The translations under genes were made by a program, and so were the position numbers. DNA of 63,704 nt, filler included, from Licmophora abbreviata (lineage: Eukaryota), in assembly GCA_900291995.1 (NCBI GenBank). It is 13 parts of 13 records of this genome, joined end to end, with 100 filler letters (N's around TTAATTAATTAA, not from the genome) between each part and the next. Parts side by side here need not be neighbours in the genome. Positions count along the whole stretch, not along the records: positions 41,746 to 46,507 come from OLMU01006123.1; positions 46,608 to 50,281 come from OLMU01006124.1; positions 50,382 to 57,242 come from OLMU01006125.1; 10 more parts are not named here. One strand, written 5' to 3'. The notes beneath the pieces are model-generated. The model ran no database searches, had not been told where the DNA came from, and saw only the letters and a program-made list of their open reading frames with translations. Of this stretch, positions 44,020 to 54,168 are shown in pieces; position 1 is the stretch's first letter, and every line of letters starts with the position of its first letter.

Positions 44020-44599
44020 CCACAACATTTTTCTTGCCACGCAAACCTGTGCAGCAGCATCCCTCAAAAACTGAACACCAAGAGTCTGGGAGCCAGGGGC
44101 ACCTTCAAAGGGCAAAAATACTTGTGAGTGCTCTTCACAATAGCCACGGTTGCAATCAATGGCCAGTTTATTGCAACCACCACTCTTTCTGCATTGGGTG
44201 CCTAGCAGAGGGGTATCGAGCCGTTGTTTCTGCACCTCGTGGCTGGTGCTTGGCATGTTCTGGTGATTCTGCACTGTGCAGGCCAAACATTTTGGTCCAG
44301 CATGGCTGGTGATGTGCTTGTCTTGGAGTGGGCCAAACATTGGCGGAGCCAAGCATTGTCACGTGCTGTATGAGTGGATCAAAAAAGAGTTCATGGACAG
44401 AGTGACAAGCATGATACTATATCATTTTACCTAGGGTTCATGTGAGTATTGTCTTTCTGCCAGCATTGGTTCATGTAAGTACTACCCCGATATCTTTGTC
44501 TAATTTATAACAAAAAAAGCATCATATCCTCATCGTCCCAACAGTGGGGTTTACATGTCTCAAATCCCTTGAGCATTGTTTGAAGTGCCTGTGTAACTG

Positions 44600-45750
44600 C
44601 ATACTTCCGGAGATCCTCACTGAGTTTCACATGGGTAAAAAAACTGGAAAGCATGGCAGACATATATCCAGTTCAATACATAGTCCTGAGAAAAACTTTT
44701 TCAACACCGCTTCCTTGTAATTTGTGTCCTGTTTTGCGTTGTTGACAAGAATTGGTACCTTACTGAGTACCTTTCATCCTTACCCAGTCTCTCTCCTTGT
44801 CTTTTGTTTGCAGTGGTGTTGACCTGGGAAAATGAGCTTGGAACGTGTAGAAAATGGGTGTGACAGTAAGCTGATGCGGTTCTACCCTAACATTGCAGTG
44901 CCTGAGAACATCATGAAGCACCTGGCTTGCTCAGATGATCTGTATTGGAATATGGCCATCCAGCGTTGCTGTAGATGCCACTTGTTGTGAAACTTTTGTC
45001 TGCCCATGATCAACGTTTTTGTTGTACGGAAGCGTGGCACAACATCCTGTGTATAGTCTGAGAGCAGGGTCCATCCTTTCCATTGTTTGAGAAGGCTTTA
45101 CATCATCCTCTCCTTTACTTGTCCAGACAACATTGGGATTCTTAAACAACCTGAAAGATTTTGTACTGTCCTGTATCTGGAGTTTGTCACAGAGGATAAA
45201 AACTGTGACACCCAGTTCACCTGTCTCTCTATATACCTGTCTGTATCTTTTCTTGAACAGTGCAGCATTAATGGATTCGCGGTCTTTGTTGAAGTAAGTA
45301 GCGTATCTCAGATTGTATGGCAGTGATATGACATGTTTGCTCCCAACACACTTGTTCATCTGCCTTATGTCCATTGTGTTTCCACTATGAATTGCACGAG
45401 GGGCTGACCCTGATCTGCATCCTTTGTGAACCTTTGCATCCCTGTGAGCTCAAGGTAGCTAGTACTAGCAGTTCATCCAGTCTCTCAGCTCCAGGCAGTC
45501 TGTCTCATAAACAGGTAGGATGCCTTATCCTACTGGCTCTAGCTGTCAATAGTCACCAGAAAACACAATGTTAACACCTCCAAATGGACTGAACAGGTTC
45601 TGTCTTAGCGTCCAAAGATTTCGATGCAGTTTCTGAAAGTCAGCTAACAATTGCTTTAATACTAGTCTACACAACATTGAATACACACTCAGCTTTTCTA
45701 AAATAGCGTTCACTTGATGACCAAAATACTATCATCATCAGTTTCTCAAT
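44600..45750 (-). pseudogene. PIF1-family helicase pseudogene (Helitron RepHel C-terminal part)
   Basis: PFGGVNIVFSGDY*QLEPV (motif III, stop at 45546-45548), YATYFNKDRESIN, RMDPALRLYTGC, PILVNNA/GHKLQGSG (motif V, frameshifted) and NWIYV (motif VI region). Confidence 0.85.
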
Positions 45751-47360
45751 TTCCAAAATCAGCCCTCTTCTTATCCTGTCTATCTCTCTTAACACCCCTG
45801 GCCCCGAAAGGATTGCTGCTACCATAGGGCTTCTTTCCTTCACTCCTTCCTAACTCCCATCGTAGCACATGAACAGCTCCTCCCCTGGCGCAAGTCTCCT
45901 AACAGTTTGAACCGATGCGTCCTCCATTAGTCTGCAGTTCTGAAGCTGAGACACTTTTGTGTACTCGTCCATGACTTGTCAGCATACGTTAAAACTGGTG
46001 AATTGATCCAGTGCATGCCCATGTAAAAACACTATTCAATCTGCTCCTGGAGCGTCCAGCACAACACAGTACCCATCCATGTTTTGCACGGTAGCACAAT
46101 GCTGACTTCTTCATCTGGTAAGTCATGAGAGCGTCCTCTGATGCATACCATGACTGCCACTCTACAATCTCTTTTTCTGTCATCACCATTACTGGACTGT
46201 GTCCACTATCAGTCTTGTCAACATCATGGGGTTCCTGCACACTATTTGACGAATCATCACCCAACCCTGTCGGTTCCTCTGTACGCTCAAATTCTTCAAA
46301 ATTAACTGTTGCGGCAACCCTCTCACTCAAAGACCCTTCAGCACTTTCATTATCTTTTGCCATAGTGTATCCACAGATATGGGAGTGTGATGCAACAAGG
46401 TGCAGTGACTCAACAAAAAAAACCAATGCTGAAGAAGTGAGTGATGAAATGCAGCTCATAACAATAGAACAACTCAGCAGGCGTATCTTCTATCTTCAAC
46501 ATAGGCANNNNNNNNNNNNNNNNNNNNNNNNNNNNNNNNNNNNNNNNNNNNTTAATTAATTAANNNNNNNNNNNNNNNNNNNNNNNNNNNNNNNNNNNNN
46601 NNNNNNNAACGATTCCTCGAGAGTCTAAATTTGCTCTGCGCACCTCTCATGTCAAAGAATGCGATATATTTATTTATTCTATACGATGTCCAGTGACATT
46701 TTGGGGGAACTTCGACAGATTGTGCCAAGACTGACTCGAATCCGGGATTTTGAGATTGGTCCGGCTTCAAGTCGAGTCAGTCAAGTGATTCGCGAGCTGA
46801 ATCAATCAATCTCAGCTCGCGTCGTCGCTTGCTCCAAACTCAGAGTGCTTGGGTCAGCCAGGGGACACGTGGAAGATGTAGGTGCGATCTAAGCTAGGGT
46901 TGGCACACCACGTGGGCACTACAAACCTAAGGGTGGGTCAGGGTGGGAGCGCGAAATCTAACCTCATGGTCAGGCTGTTCTTCCGCATCTCTGTCAGCAA
47001 TGAGCCTTGGGTCTACGATCCTCTCCGATCTCCGCCGTCACAGTCTCCATGCGCGACAAGCGCGCATTGGGTCTAGGGACGCAAACGTGCAGGCGCGGAA
47101 GACAGTCAGACCATCTCGCATTCCACACTCACATCACAATCGCCTAGACGCCGCGATGATGTCGTATAGTATGATTGGTCTTGCTTAGTCTTGCTTGATG
47201 AGTACAGTGAAGCTCACTGTAGTTCTCCCTCGCCCTTCCAAAAAAAGTGATTGTCGGGTTCGCGTTGAGTTGGGTCTTGCAGCGAGAATAACACTCTTAC
47301 TCTTGTCTGAAGAAGTGCTCAGAAACCCTCGACTGACAGTCTCCAGCTGATCTAGTCGTC

Positions 47361-49298
47361 ATGACCTCTTCTGCATACTCCTCTGCTCATCGCAAGGTAT
47401 ACCGCGGTGGATGGACTTCGTCGATTTGCGATTTGTTTGGAGATCCACGTCGACGATCCAGCTTCTGCTCACTGGCTTGCTGTGGTCTGCTCCTGAGCGA
47501 TCGCAATCGCTACGTGGCTACCCAACAGCTGCCTCCTCCTTGGTGGAGACGCCTCCTACTCAATCTTGGACTTCCTCTTGTCTTGTGTGTCATCATGTCG
47601 ATCCTGGCACATCAATACTCAACAAAAGAGACCGTGGGTCCTTGGCTGCTGGGAACGATCCTCCTCGTCTGTATCATCGCGGCTGTGCTGGGCAGACGAG
47701 CTCAAGGTAGACGCGTCGAAGTCCGTCGGATGATCATGTCACGTCTGCACGAGGAACGCGCGCCGCAGGATACGGCTGGTCGTGCGATTCCGATCGACCG
47801 CTGGCTTCGTATTCATGCCTCAGACGCAGCTCATTTTACATGCGATTGTTTCCATAACGATGTTCTGTATGTGGCGGATGATGAAGAAGGAACTGCGCCA
47901 ATGTCACCTCCGCCGAACCCTCCGAAAGATCTCTGCTCCTGGTTGTGGCAGATTCTTTCAAGTCTGTGCTGTGGTGCATGTTGTGGATGCTGGTTTCAGT
48001 GCTGTGGGATGTGTGCCACTGGACAGGAAGATCGTGAGCTGCAGCGTCTCTTGCCGGTGGAAAAGTTTCAAGTTGACTACATTACATTCCAGCCCTACCG
48101 AGCATACGTTCCGAAACTAGAGTACCTTCGTCAAAGTCAAGTTCGAAGCTTCTGGAAGCATGTGAAGTGCATGTCACAGTTGGCTTACAAGCTCTTGGAC
48201 ATGCTGGGACTCTTTGTTCTCGTTCTGGCTCTCGTGGCATTGTCCAAGATTGATAGGCACTTTCAATCTGCGAATCTGTTGGTCGTCCTGGCGACGTTCT
48301 TTCAAGCCTTCTTCATCTTGTACTTTGTCCACTGGCAGTGGAATCGATTCGATCTGTCGCTAGATGCGGTCATCAAGTACTTTTCCAGTGGATTTCTTCT
48401 CTGTACAGTCATTGCTGTTCTGTACGAAATGTGCTTGTCGGTTGTTTTGAGTGCTGGGGTACTTTTGTTGGAAGTTATTGCGATCTCGGCCGAAACTGAC
48501 CCCGAACAGGTCCCCCAGGACGAGGAGGCCAAGAAGGAATTCATGAGAACGTTTCTCCAGCAGAATGTTTGGATCGTTGTTGTATCTGTCTTTCTTAACG
48601 CTTTCGTTGTTGCAGCATTGGTTGAAGAAATCATAAAGTATTTTGGATTCTGGATGGTGGAGCATCCCGACATGATGGATCCGGCAGATCTCGTCGCCAT
48701 TTGCGACGAAAGGAACGATGACCGAACTGCCGAGGACTCCTCCCCTGAGCAATCGAGGCCGGTCATGAAACGACCCCTGACTTCGGTGGGCGCTGGGATC
48801 ACTGTTGCCATGGTAGCTACTGCTTTGGGCTTCGCCTGCTGTGAAAATCTTGTGTATGTCTTTGTCTACACACCGCCGACTATTTCGAACGAGATTGCGA
48901 CATTGGTGGCCCGATCTATCTTTCCAGTTCATCCATTGTGCGCTGCGATCCAAAGCATTGGGGTTTGCCAGCGAGATTTGGAAGAAAATCAATCCAAGCA
49001 GCTCGGACGAATCCTCTTTCCTGCCTTGTTGCTGCATGGCTCGTTCGACTTTATCTTGATGCTATTGGCAACTCTAGCACAGATCTATGGGGACAACTCT
49101 GAAGATGAAGACACAAGCGACGAAGCAGCAAAGCTTACTGTCCAGGACATTGTTGATCAGTGGCCGGCCTTACTTTCCAGCGTTGCGATTGTGAGTGTTG
49201 GGGTCGTGTACTACGTTTGGCAGGCCGGAGCTCAACGAAGGCGCCTCGAGGAGTTGGACCGAGGTCGGGTGGAGGATGCAAGTTCTTTGTTAGTATAA
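47361..49298 (+). CDS. Multi-pass membrane protein: PLAC8-like Cys-rich N-terminal region + PrsW-family intramembrane metalloprotease domain
   Basis: N-terminal WTSSICDLF...CSLACCG and CCGACCGCWFQCCGMCATGQE. PrsW motifs VEEIIK, GFACCENLVY, FPVH and LLHGSFD. Many TM helices. Confidence 0.8.
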   Translation: MTSSAYSSAHRKVYRGGWTSSICDLFGDPRRRSSFCSLACCGLLLSDRNRYVATQQLPPPWWRRLLLNLGLPLVLCVIMSILAHQYSTKETVGPWLLGTILLVCIIAAVLGRRAQGRRVEVRRMIMSRLHEERAPQDTAGRAIPIDRWLRIHASDAAHFTCDCFHNDVLYVADDEEGTAPMSPPPNPPKDLCSWLWQILSSLCCGACCGCWFQCCGMCATGQEDRELQRLLPVEKFQVDYITFQPYRAYVPKLEYLRQSQVRSFWKHVKCMSQLAYKLLDMLGLFVLVLALVALSKIDRHFQSANLLVVLATFFQAFFILYFVHWQWNRFDLSLDAVIKYFSSGFLLCTVIAVLYEMCLSVVLSAGVLLLEVIAISAETDPEQVPQDEEAKKEFMRTFLQQNVWIVVVSVFLNAFVVAALVEEIIKYFGFWMVEHPDMMDPADLVAICDERNDDRTAEDSSPEQSRPVMKRPLTSVGAGITVAMVATALGFACCENLVYVFVYTPPTISNEIATLVARSIFPVHPLCAAIQSIGVCQRDLEENQSKQLGRILFPALLLHGSFDFILMLLATLAQIYGDNSEDEDTSDEAAKLTVQDIVDQWPALLSSVAIVSVGVVYYVWQAGAQRRRLEELDRGRVEDASSLLV

Positions 49299-49779
49299 CA
49301 TCACTTCTTGGTAGGTGGACCTTACATTTCATACAAGCGCCTGTTTCAGAAAGGCTGTAGCACATCAACCTTGAGCCTGCCTCTCACTCCTGGTACGCAT
49401 GTAGGTCGTCCTGAACGGATGATGCTATGATGATACATGACACATGACGTAGTCTGCTGACCGGGAGGTGTTATGGGAAAAGGGAAAAGGGCCTCGTGCC
49501 ACAACACGAGCTCCTCCTTACGTACAGCCAATTCCGACCTCGTCCGTTTGTTTCTATTTTTTCGAATTTTGAATTTTGGAGCGCGGCGTCACCCAGACAC
49601 GGTGTCAAGAAGAGAAGCGATGGGTCTTTTCCCTTTGACCCAACTATCCAAGAGCCATTTCGCATCACGTTCCAGTCCTAATCAAAGCTTTTGAACGTCT
49701 TGTTGACTTAAAGGACTATTGAAAGGCTTTGGAAGCCTTTTTGACCTTTTCGAACACCACACGAACAAACTTCCTCGTC

Positions 49780-50893
49780 ATGTCGACCTTGGAAGCCGAA
49801 CTGCCGATCGAAGTGGGAGTAGAACACGAGCGGGACGTCCCACCTGCTCCGAAACGTAAGAGTAATCCAAGATGCGTTTCTTGGGTGATTTTCTTTATCA
49901 TCTTTTCGATGCTGATCTTCCTCTCTGCCGTTTCTCTGTCCAAAACTTTTAATTTAGCTGAATCGGCTCTCAAGAGCTTCCTATCTGGAGGAGTCGGAGG
50001 CATCTGCGTAGTTCTCGTGGGCCACCCTTTGGATTTGATCAAGGTACGCTTCCATGCATGATGATTACTAAATTGGTTTTGAGGGTCAGTGAGACTGACA
50101 AAGTCACGCCGTTCCCCGTTACTTTTTGCTCCCCAGGTTCGCATGCAAACGGGCATGGCAGGCAATGTCTCCGTCTTGGGATTGCTGAGAACTACCTTTG
50201 TCAACGAAGGCATTCGCGGACTGTACCGCGGAGTGAGTGCTCCCTTGACAGCTGTCTCTCCTCTCTACGCTGTAAACTTTTNNNNNNNNNNNNNNNNNNN
50301 NNNNNNNNNNNNNNNNNNNNNNNNNTTAATTAATTAANNNNNNNNNNNNNNNNNNNNNNNNNNNNNNNNNNNNNNNNNNNNTATTGCAGGTTCAGAAAGC
50401 AGCAGAGCAGACTGCTGCCGCTGGCGCACCGAAATATAAGGGGATGCTAGATTGTGCAACTCAAGTGCTTCGGGAAGGAGGGATTCGCAGTCTCTATCGT
50501 GGCACGGCTGCTACCTTGATGCGAGACATACCCGGCAGTATTGCATGGTTTGGCGCCTACGAAATCAGCAAGAAGGAGCTCATGCACTTGCAGGGAATCG
50601 ATCCTTCCACGGGGCAGTTGAGCCCTCTCGCTGTCTTGACGGCAGGTGGAACCGCAGGAATGTCATGCTGGATCGTCAGTATACCGGCAGACACTATCAA
50701 ATCACGTTATCAGGCTGCACCCGAGGGAATGTACAAGGGAATGGGTGACGTATTTGGAAAACTCATGAAGGAAGAAGGATTCGGAGCCTTGTTTACAGGA
50801 ATCCGACCAGCCTTGATTCGTGCGTTCCCAGCGAATGCCGCTTGCTTTTTTGGAATGGAAGTTGCGCGACAGGCATTGGCTTTTATGGATTGA
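49780..50893 (+). CDS. Mitochondrial carrier, carnitine/acylcarnitine-carrier-like (introns 49856-49957, 50044-50136; spans gap 50282-50381)
   Basis: [40 protein letters not shown] and [10 protein letters not shown], an SLC25A20-like signature. Confidence 0.88.
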
Positions 50894-51354
50894 TTATGTA
50901 CAGTCGAATGGAGTGGATTTCAACAACGTCGAGGAGGAGTGCGAACAGTTGGAGCAAAGGACGAGCAAGGCAGTGATGAGGGCACCACGAACCGAACTAT
51001 CGTATCGATGATGCGAATTAGTAGATTGCGTAGCTAAACCGTAAAGAGTCGATAATGCGCCCAGCAATTCGAGCATATCTCTGTCGGGATTTAACCCTGT
51101 ATCCTGTAGCTCTAGGCGGCTCTAGCTCTGGAGGGGAGTTGTGAGGTCAGTTCTTTCCAACCTACGGAGGCGCCGGATACTACTATACAGCTCCCATGGT
51201 CATTAGAGTGATATCTCTATCGATGTGATTGAGAACGTACAACGAGCGGCCCAGCGCGCACAAGTGCGTCATCAATATTTAAGAGCCAGATTCACGTCTA
51301 CACGCCAATTCAACCGCCACCACCACTCTCATTGATCAACGCTGGGATGAATGG

Positions 51355-52881
51355 ATGCTGTTGTTCTTGTCATGTATGAGGCGGTTCAGGTCCTCTGGGA
51401 TGCTTCTTTGGTCTCTTTGCGGGGCATCTAGCTTTTCTCCGACTCTCAGATTTCAACCACGCGCATTGACCGCGAAATCCAGCGCCATCATGTCCGCCAA
51501 CGACGCTACCTGTAGTTTCCAGGCAAACTCCGTCGACCGGCAGCTCATGACGGAGCCGAGGGGGGCGGGGATTCCTACCCCCTATTATTCTAGACCAGCG
51601 GACCCTTCCTTTGTTCACCCGCCATCGGAATTTCCTGCGCTGTCCTTGTTTGAAAGGAAAATGGTGCACCCCGCTCTTGTCATACCCGCTCGCGAAACAT
51701 CTCACCTTCGAAAGCGATTGAGTCACATCATTATGCATCGACCGAAGATCAAGAGCGTTTACGCTGTAGAAGATGACTCAAGTCTTCGCAAGCTCGTTTT
51801 AAAGGAATCCGATACAGTCTTCGATGACCCAGAGCTGCAACTTGTTTTATCCGAAAACGATGCCTGCTACAAGTCCTCTCACAGTATTCATGTTACGTAT
51901 GAAGACTGGTCTGCCGACGGAGTGCTACGGCAGCTGTTGCCCGTCTCAGAGATTCCTTCAGCCTTTGAAACGATCGGACCTATTGCACATGTCAATCTTC
52001 GACCGGAGGTGCTGCCATTCAAGCACGTGGTAGGCCGTGTCATTCTTGACAAGAACGGGCCCCGGATACGTACCGTCGTCAACAAACTTGGTACTATCGA
52101 AACTGAGTTCCGCACGTTTGGAATGGAAGTCATAGCTGGGGAGAAAGAAAAAGGTTGGAATATAGTAAGACTCAAAGAGGATGGCTGTCAGTTCGAACTG
52201 GACTTTCAAAACGTGTACTGGAATACACGACTGGGTGGAGAACACAATCGACTAGTTGCACTAATCCGAAGGGATGCTTCCGACCGAGACGAGGACGGGC
52301 CTCTTGTGGTGGCAGACCTCATGGCCGGTGTAGGTCCATTTGCTGTCCCCCTCACAGCGGCAGAAGGAAGCACCGATCAGATAATCGTGCACGCGAACGA
52401 CCTCAATCCCGCATCATTCAAGTACCTCCGGATCAACGCCGGTCTCAACAAGTGTCGACATCTACATACGTACTGCATGGACGGACGTGCTCTTGTTCAC
52501 ACTTTAACCGATCGAGGTATTGATTTTCACCATGCTCTCATGAACTTACCAGCGTCGGCGCCAGAGTGCTTGGATGCATTTCGGGGTTTCACAGGCAAGA
52601 CGCTTCCGCGACTCCATGTCCATTGTTTCGGAGCCAAAACGGGAGCGCAGGCAGAACAAGAGGCAATGGAGCGATGTTCCAGGGCATTGGGTTGTCCATT
52701 AGATCGAGTGGCTCATAGAGTATCTGTGCGGATTGTACGAGACGTGGCGCCCAATAAGAATATGCTTTGTGTGACCTTTTCACTGCCGGGTGACGTGCGA
52801 AGCGTAGCACGAATTTCCATTCCGGAGCGTTCCTCTACCGGCAACGACGAACCAGACGCAAAGCGTCCGAAACAAAAGTAG
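51355..52881 (+). CDS. TRM5: tRNA (guanine-37-N1) methyltransferase Trm5
   Basis: PSAFETIGPIAHVNLR, ILDKN..IRTVVNK, FRTFGMEVIAG, VYWNTRL..EH, DLMAGVGPFAVP, ANDLNP and MNLP. Confidence 0.93.
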   Translation: MLLFLSCMRRFRSSGMLLWSLCGASSFSPTLRFQPRALTAKSSAIMSANDATCSFQANSVDRQLMTEPRGAGIPTPYYSRPADPSFVHPPSEFPALSLFERKMVHPALVIPARETSHLRKRLSHIIMHRPKIKSVYAVEDDSSLRKLVLKESDTVFDDPELQLVLSENDACYKSSHSIHVTYEDWSADGVLRQLLPVSEIPSAFETIGPIAHVNLRPEVLPFKHVVGRVILDKNGPRIRTVVNKLGTIETEFRTFGMEVIAGEKEKGWNIVRLKEDGCQFELDFQNVYWNTRLGGEHNRLVALIRRDASDRDEDGPLVVADLMAGVGPFAVPLTAAEGSTDQIIVHANDLNPASFKYLRINAGLNKCRHLHTYCMDGRALVHTLTDRGIDFHHALMNLPASAPECLDAFRGFTGKTLPRLHVHCFGAKTGAQAEQEAMERCSRALGCPLDRVAHRVSVRIVRDVAPNKNMLCVTFSLPGDVRSVARISIPERSSTGNDEPDAKRPKQK

Positions 52882-52921
52882 AGAGCATTCTATTATAATG
52901 AATGATAAAGAATAGCTAGAC

Positions 52922-53617
52922 TTATGGCAAAGCGTGTGAGTCAGGTGGGACCACACAGAGTCCTTGCACATAGGTGTCCAAGACCTGCTGGAAATGATTG
53001 ACCCGTTTCTTGCTCACTTTGAGCTCCTCCACTAAACCCGCATCTGGATGATAAATGTGAGCAAACGGAAAGGAAGAAACCCCCAGACCTTCGTGCAGAA
53101 AGGCATTCCGCTTGGTCAGCGGCACTTGTACGAACTTGACTTCCGGGTACTCTTCTGCCATGCGCCGAAAGATGGGCTCTACAGCCTTACAGGCCCGACA
53201 GAAGGGAGCGTAGAACCTCACCACCACAAGCGTATCTGGTTCGTCAACCACGATAGCCTTGTATTCAGGCATGGTCACGACTTCGTGGATCAGCGGTGTC
53301 TTGGTTGATTTTTGCCGCCGCAAGTTTGGAAGAAATCCACCGTGACGAGAGGTCGTCCAGTCTTGATCATTGCCCTGTTTCTCCTTCTCGTCTTCGTGGG
53401 CTGGTGCGGGTGATTCGGTGCGACTCGCGCTCAGGACTATTGGAGAAAGAACGGAGTTCGAAGGATCCGACTTCGGAAGAACTGGTGGACGGCGAGGTCG
53501 TATTGAAGTCGTATCGCTCGGCACTCGTTGCGGAGCAAAAGATACGACAGACAGCGGTGCAGTCGCCATGCATACTAGCAGCAGCACGGTGAGATTGTCT
53601 TGCAGGAATGGAGCCAT
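52922..53617 (-). CDS. Plastid-targeted atypical thioredoxin (FCRAC active site)
   Basis: MAPFLQ... signal peptide + VSFAP, then VVVRFYAPFCRACK and a cis-Pro region, SSFPF. Confidence 0.82.
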   Translation of the reverse strand: MAPFLQDNLTVLLLVCMATAPLSVVSFAPQRVPSDTTSIRPRRPPVLPKSDPSNSVLSPIVLSASRTESPAPAHEDEKEKQGNDQDWTTSRHGGFLPNLRRQKSTKTPLIHEVVTMPEYKAIVVDEPDTLVVVRFYAPFCRACKAVEPIFRRMAEEYPEVKFVQVPLTKRNAFLHEGLGVSSFPFAHIYHPDAGLVEELKVSKKRVNHFQQVLDTYVQGLCVVPPDSHALP

Positions 53618-54168
53618 TTTCAGATCAGGTGAAGTGACGATTGAGTGTCGGTCGGTGGCGTCTATCGGATGGTGTGTGATGGGGGGGGGGGGGTTCGATA
53701 TTAATGACGAAAAGAAAAGAGACATCACACACAAGTAGAAACTTGAATGCACCGCCGCCACACACGAGAACCAATGGTTCGATTTTTGCTGGATTTTGAT
53801 TGGTCCACGTTTTGGCGCGCCATGACGCGTACGTTCTGTAGCGTCCGTCCGCCACACCCTTGCGCGGGCAAGGACGATCGCGCGCCCGTGTGTCGCGACT
53901 CATTCGATTCAAGTCGCGGAGTCAAAATCGCGGTCGTTCAATCCTAAACATTCTACTCGGAGTATGATACACTCTCATGAAACTGGAATATGTTCAATCA
54001 ATGTTTCTACTATTGATTCTGCTATTAGAAGTGTTGTAACCTCCTTCCTTGATCGATTGGCTCTGTTGCGTTTCTGGTTCTCGACGCGCTCATTCCTGCT
54101 TTCTTTCGACCTTCCACAACACGCTATTCTATTCTTCCATTCTTTTTTCCTTCTCGTGTCAGTTCTCT

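Larger units (their letters stand above)
41746..46507 (-). mobile_element. Decayed transposon-derived region containing a Helitron-type PIF1 helicase relic
   Basis: Fragmented ORFs, visibly CpG-poor and TG/CA-rich sequence, PIF1 motifs on the minus strand, and short direct repeats (AATT(T)GTGCCAACAAAA at about 41753 and 41895) near the left end. Confidence 0.7.
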
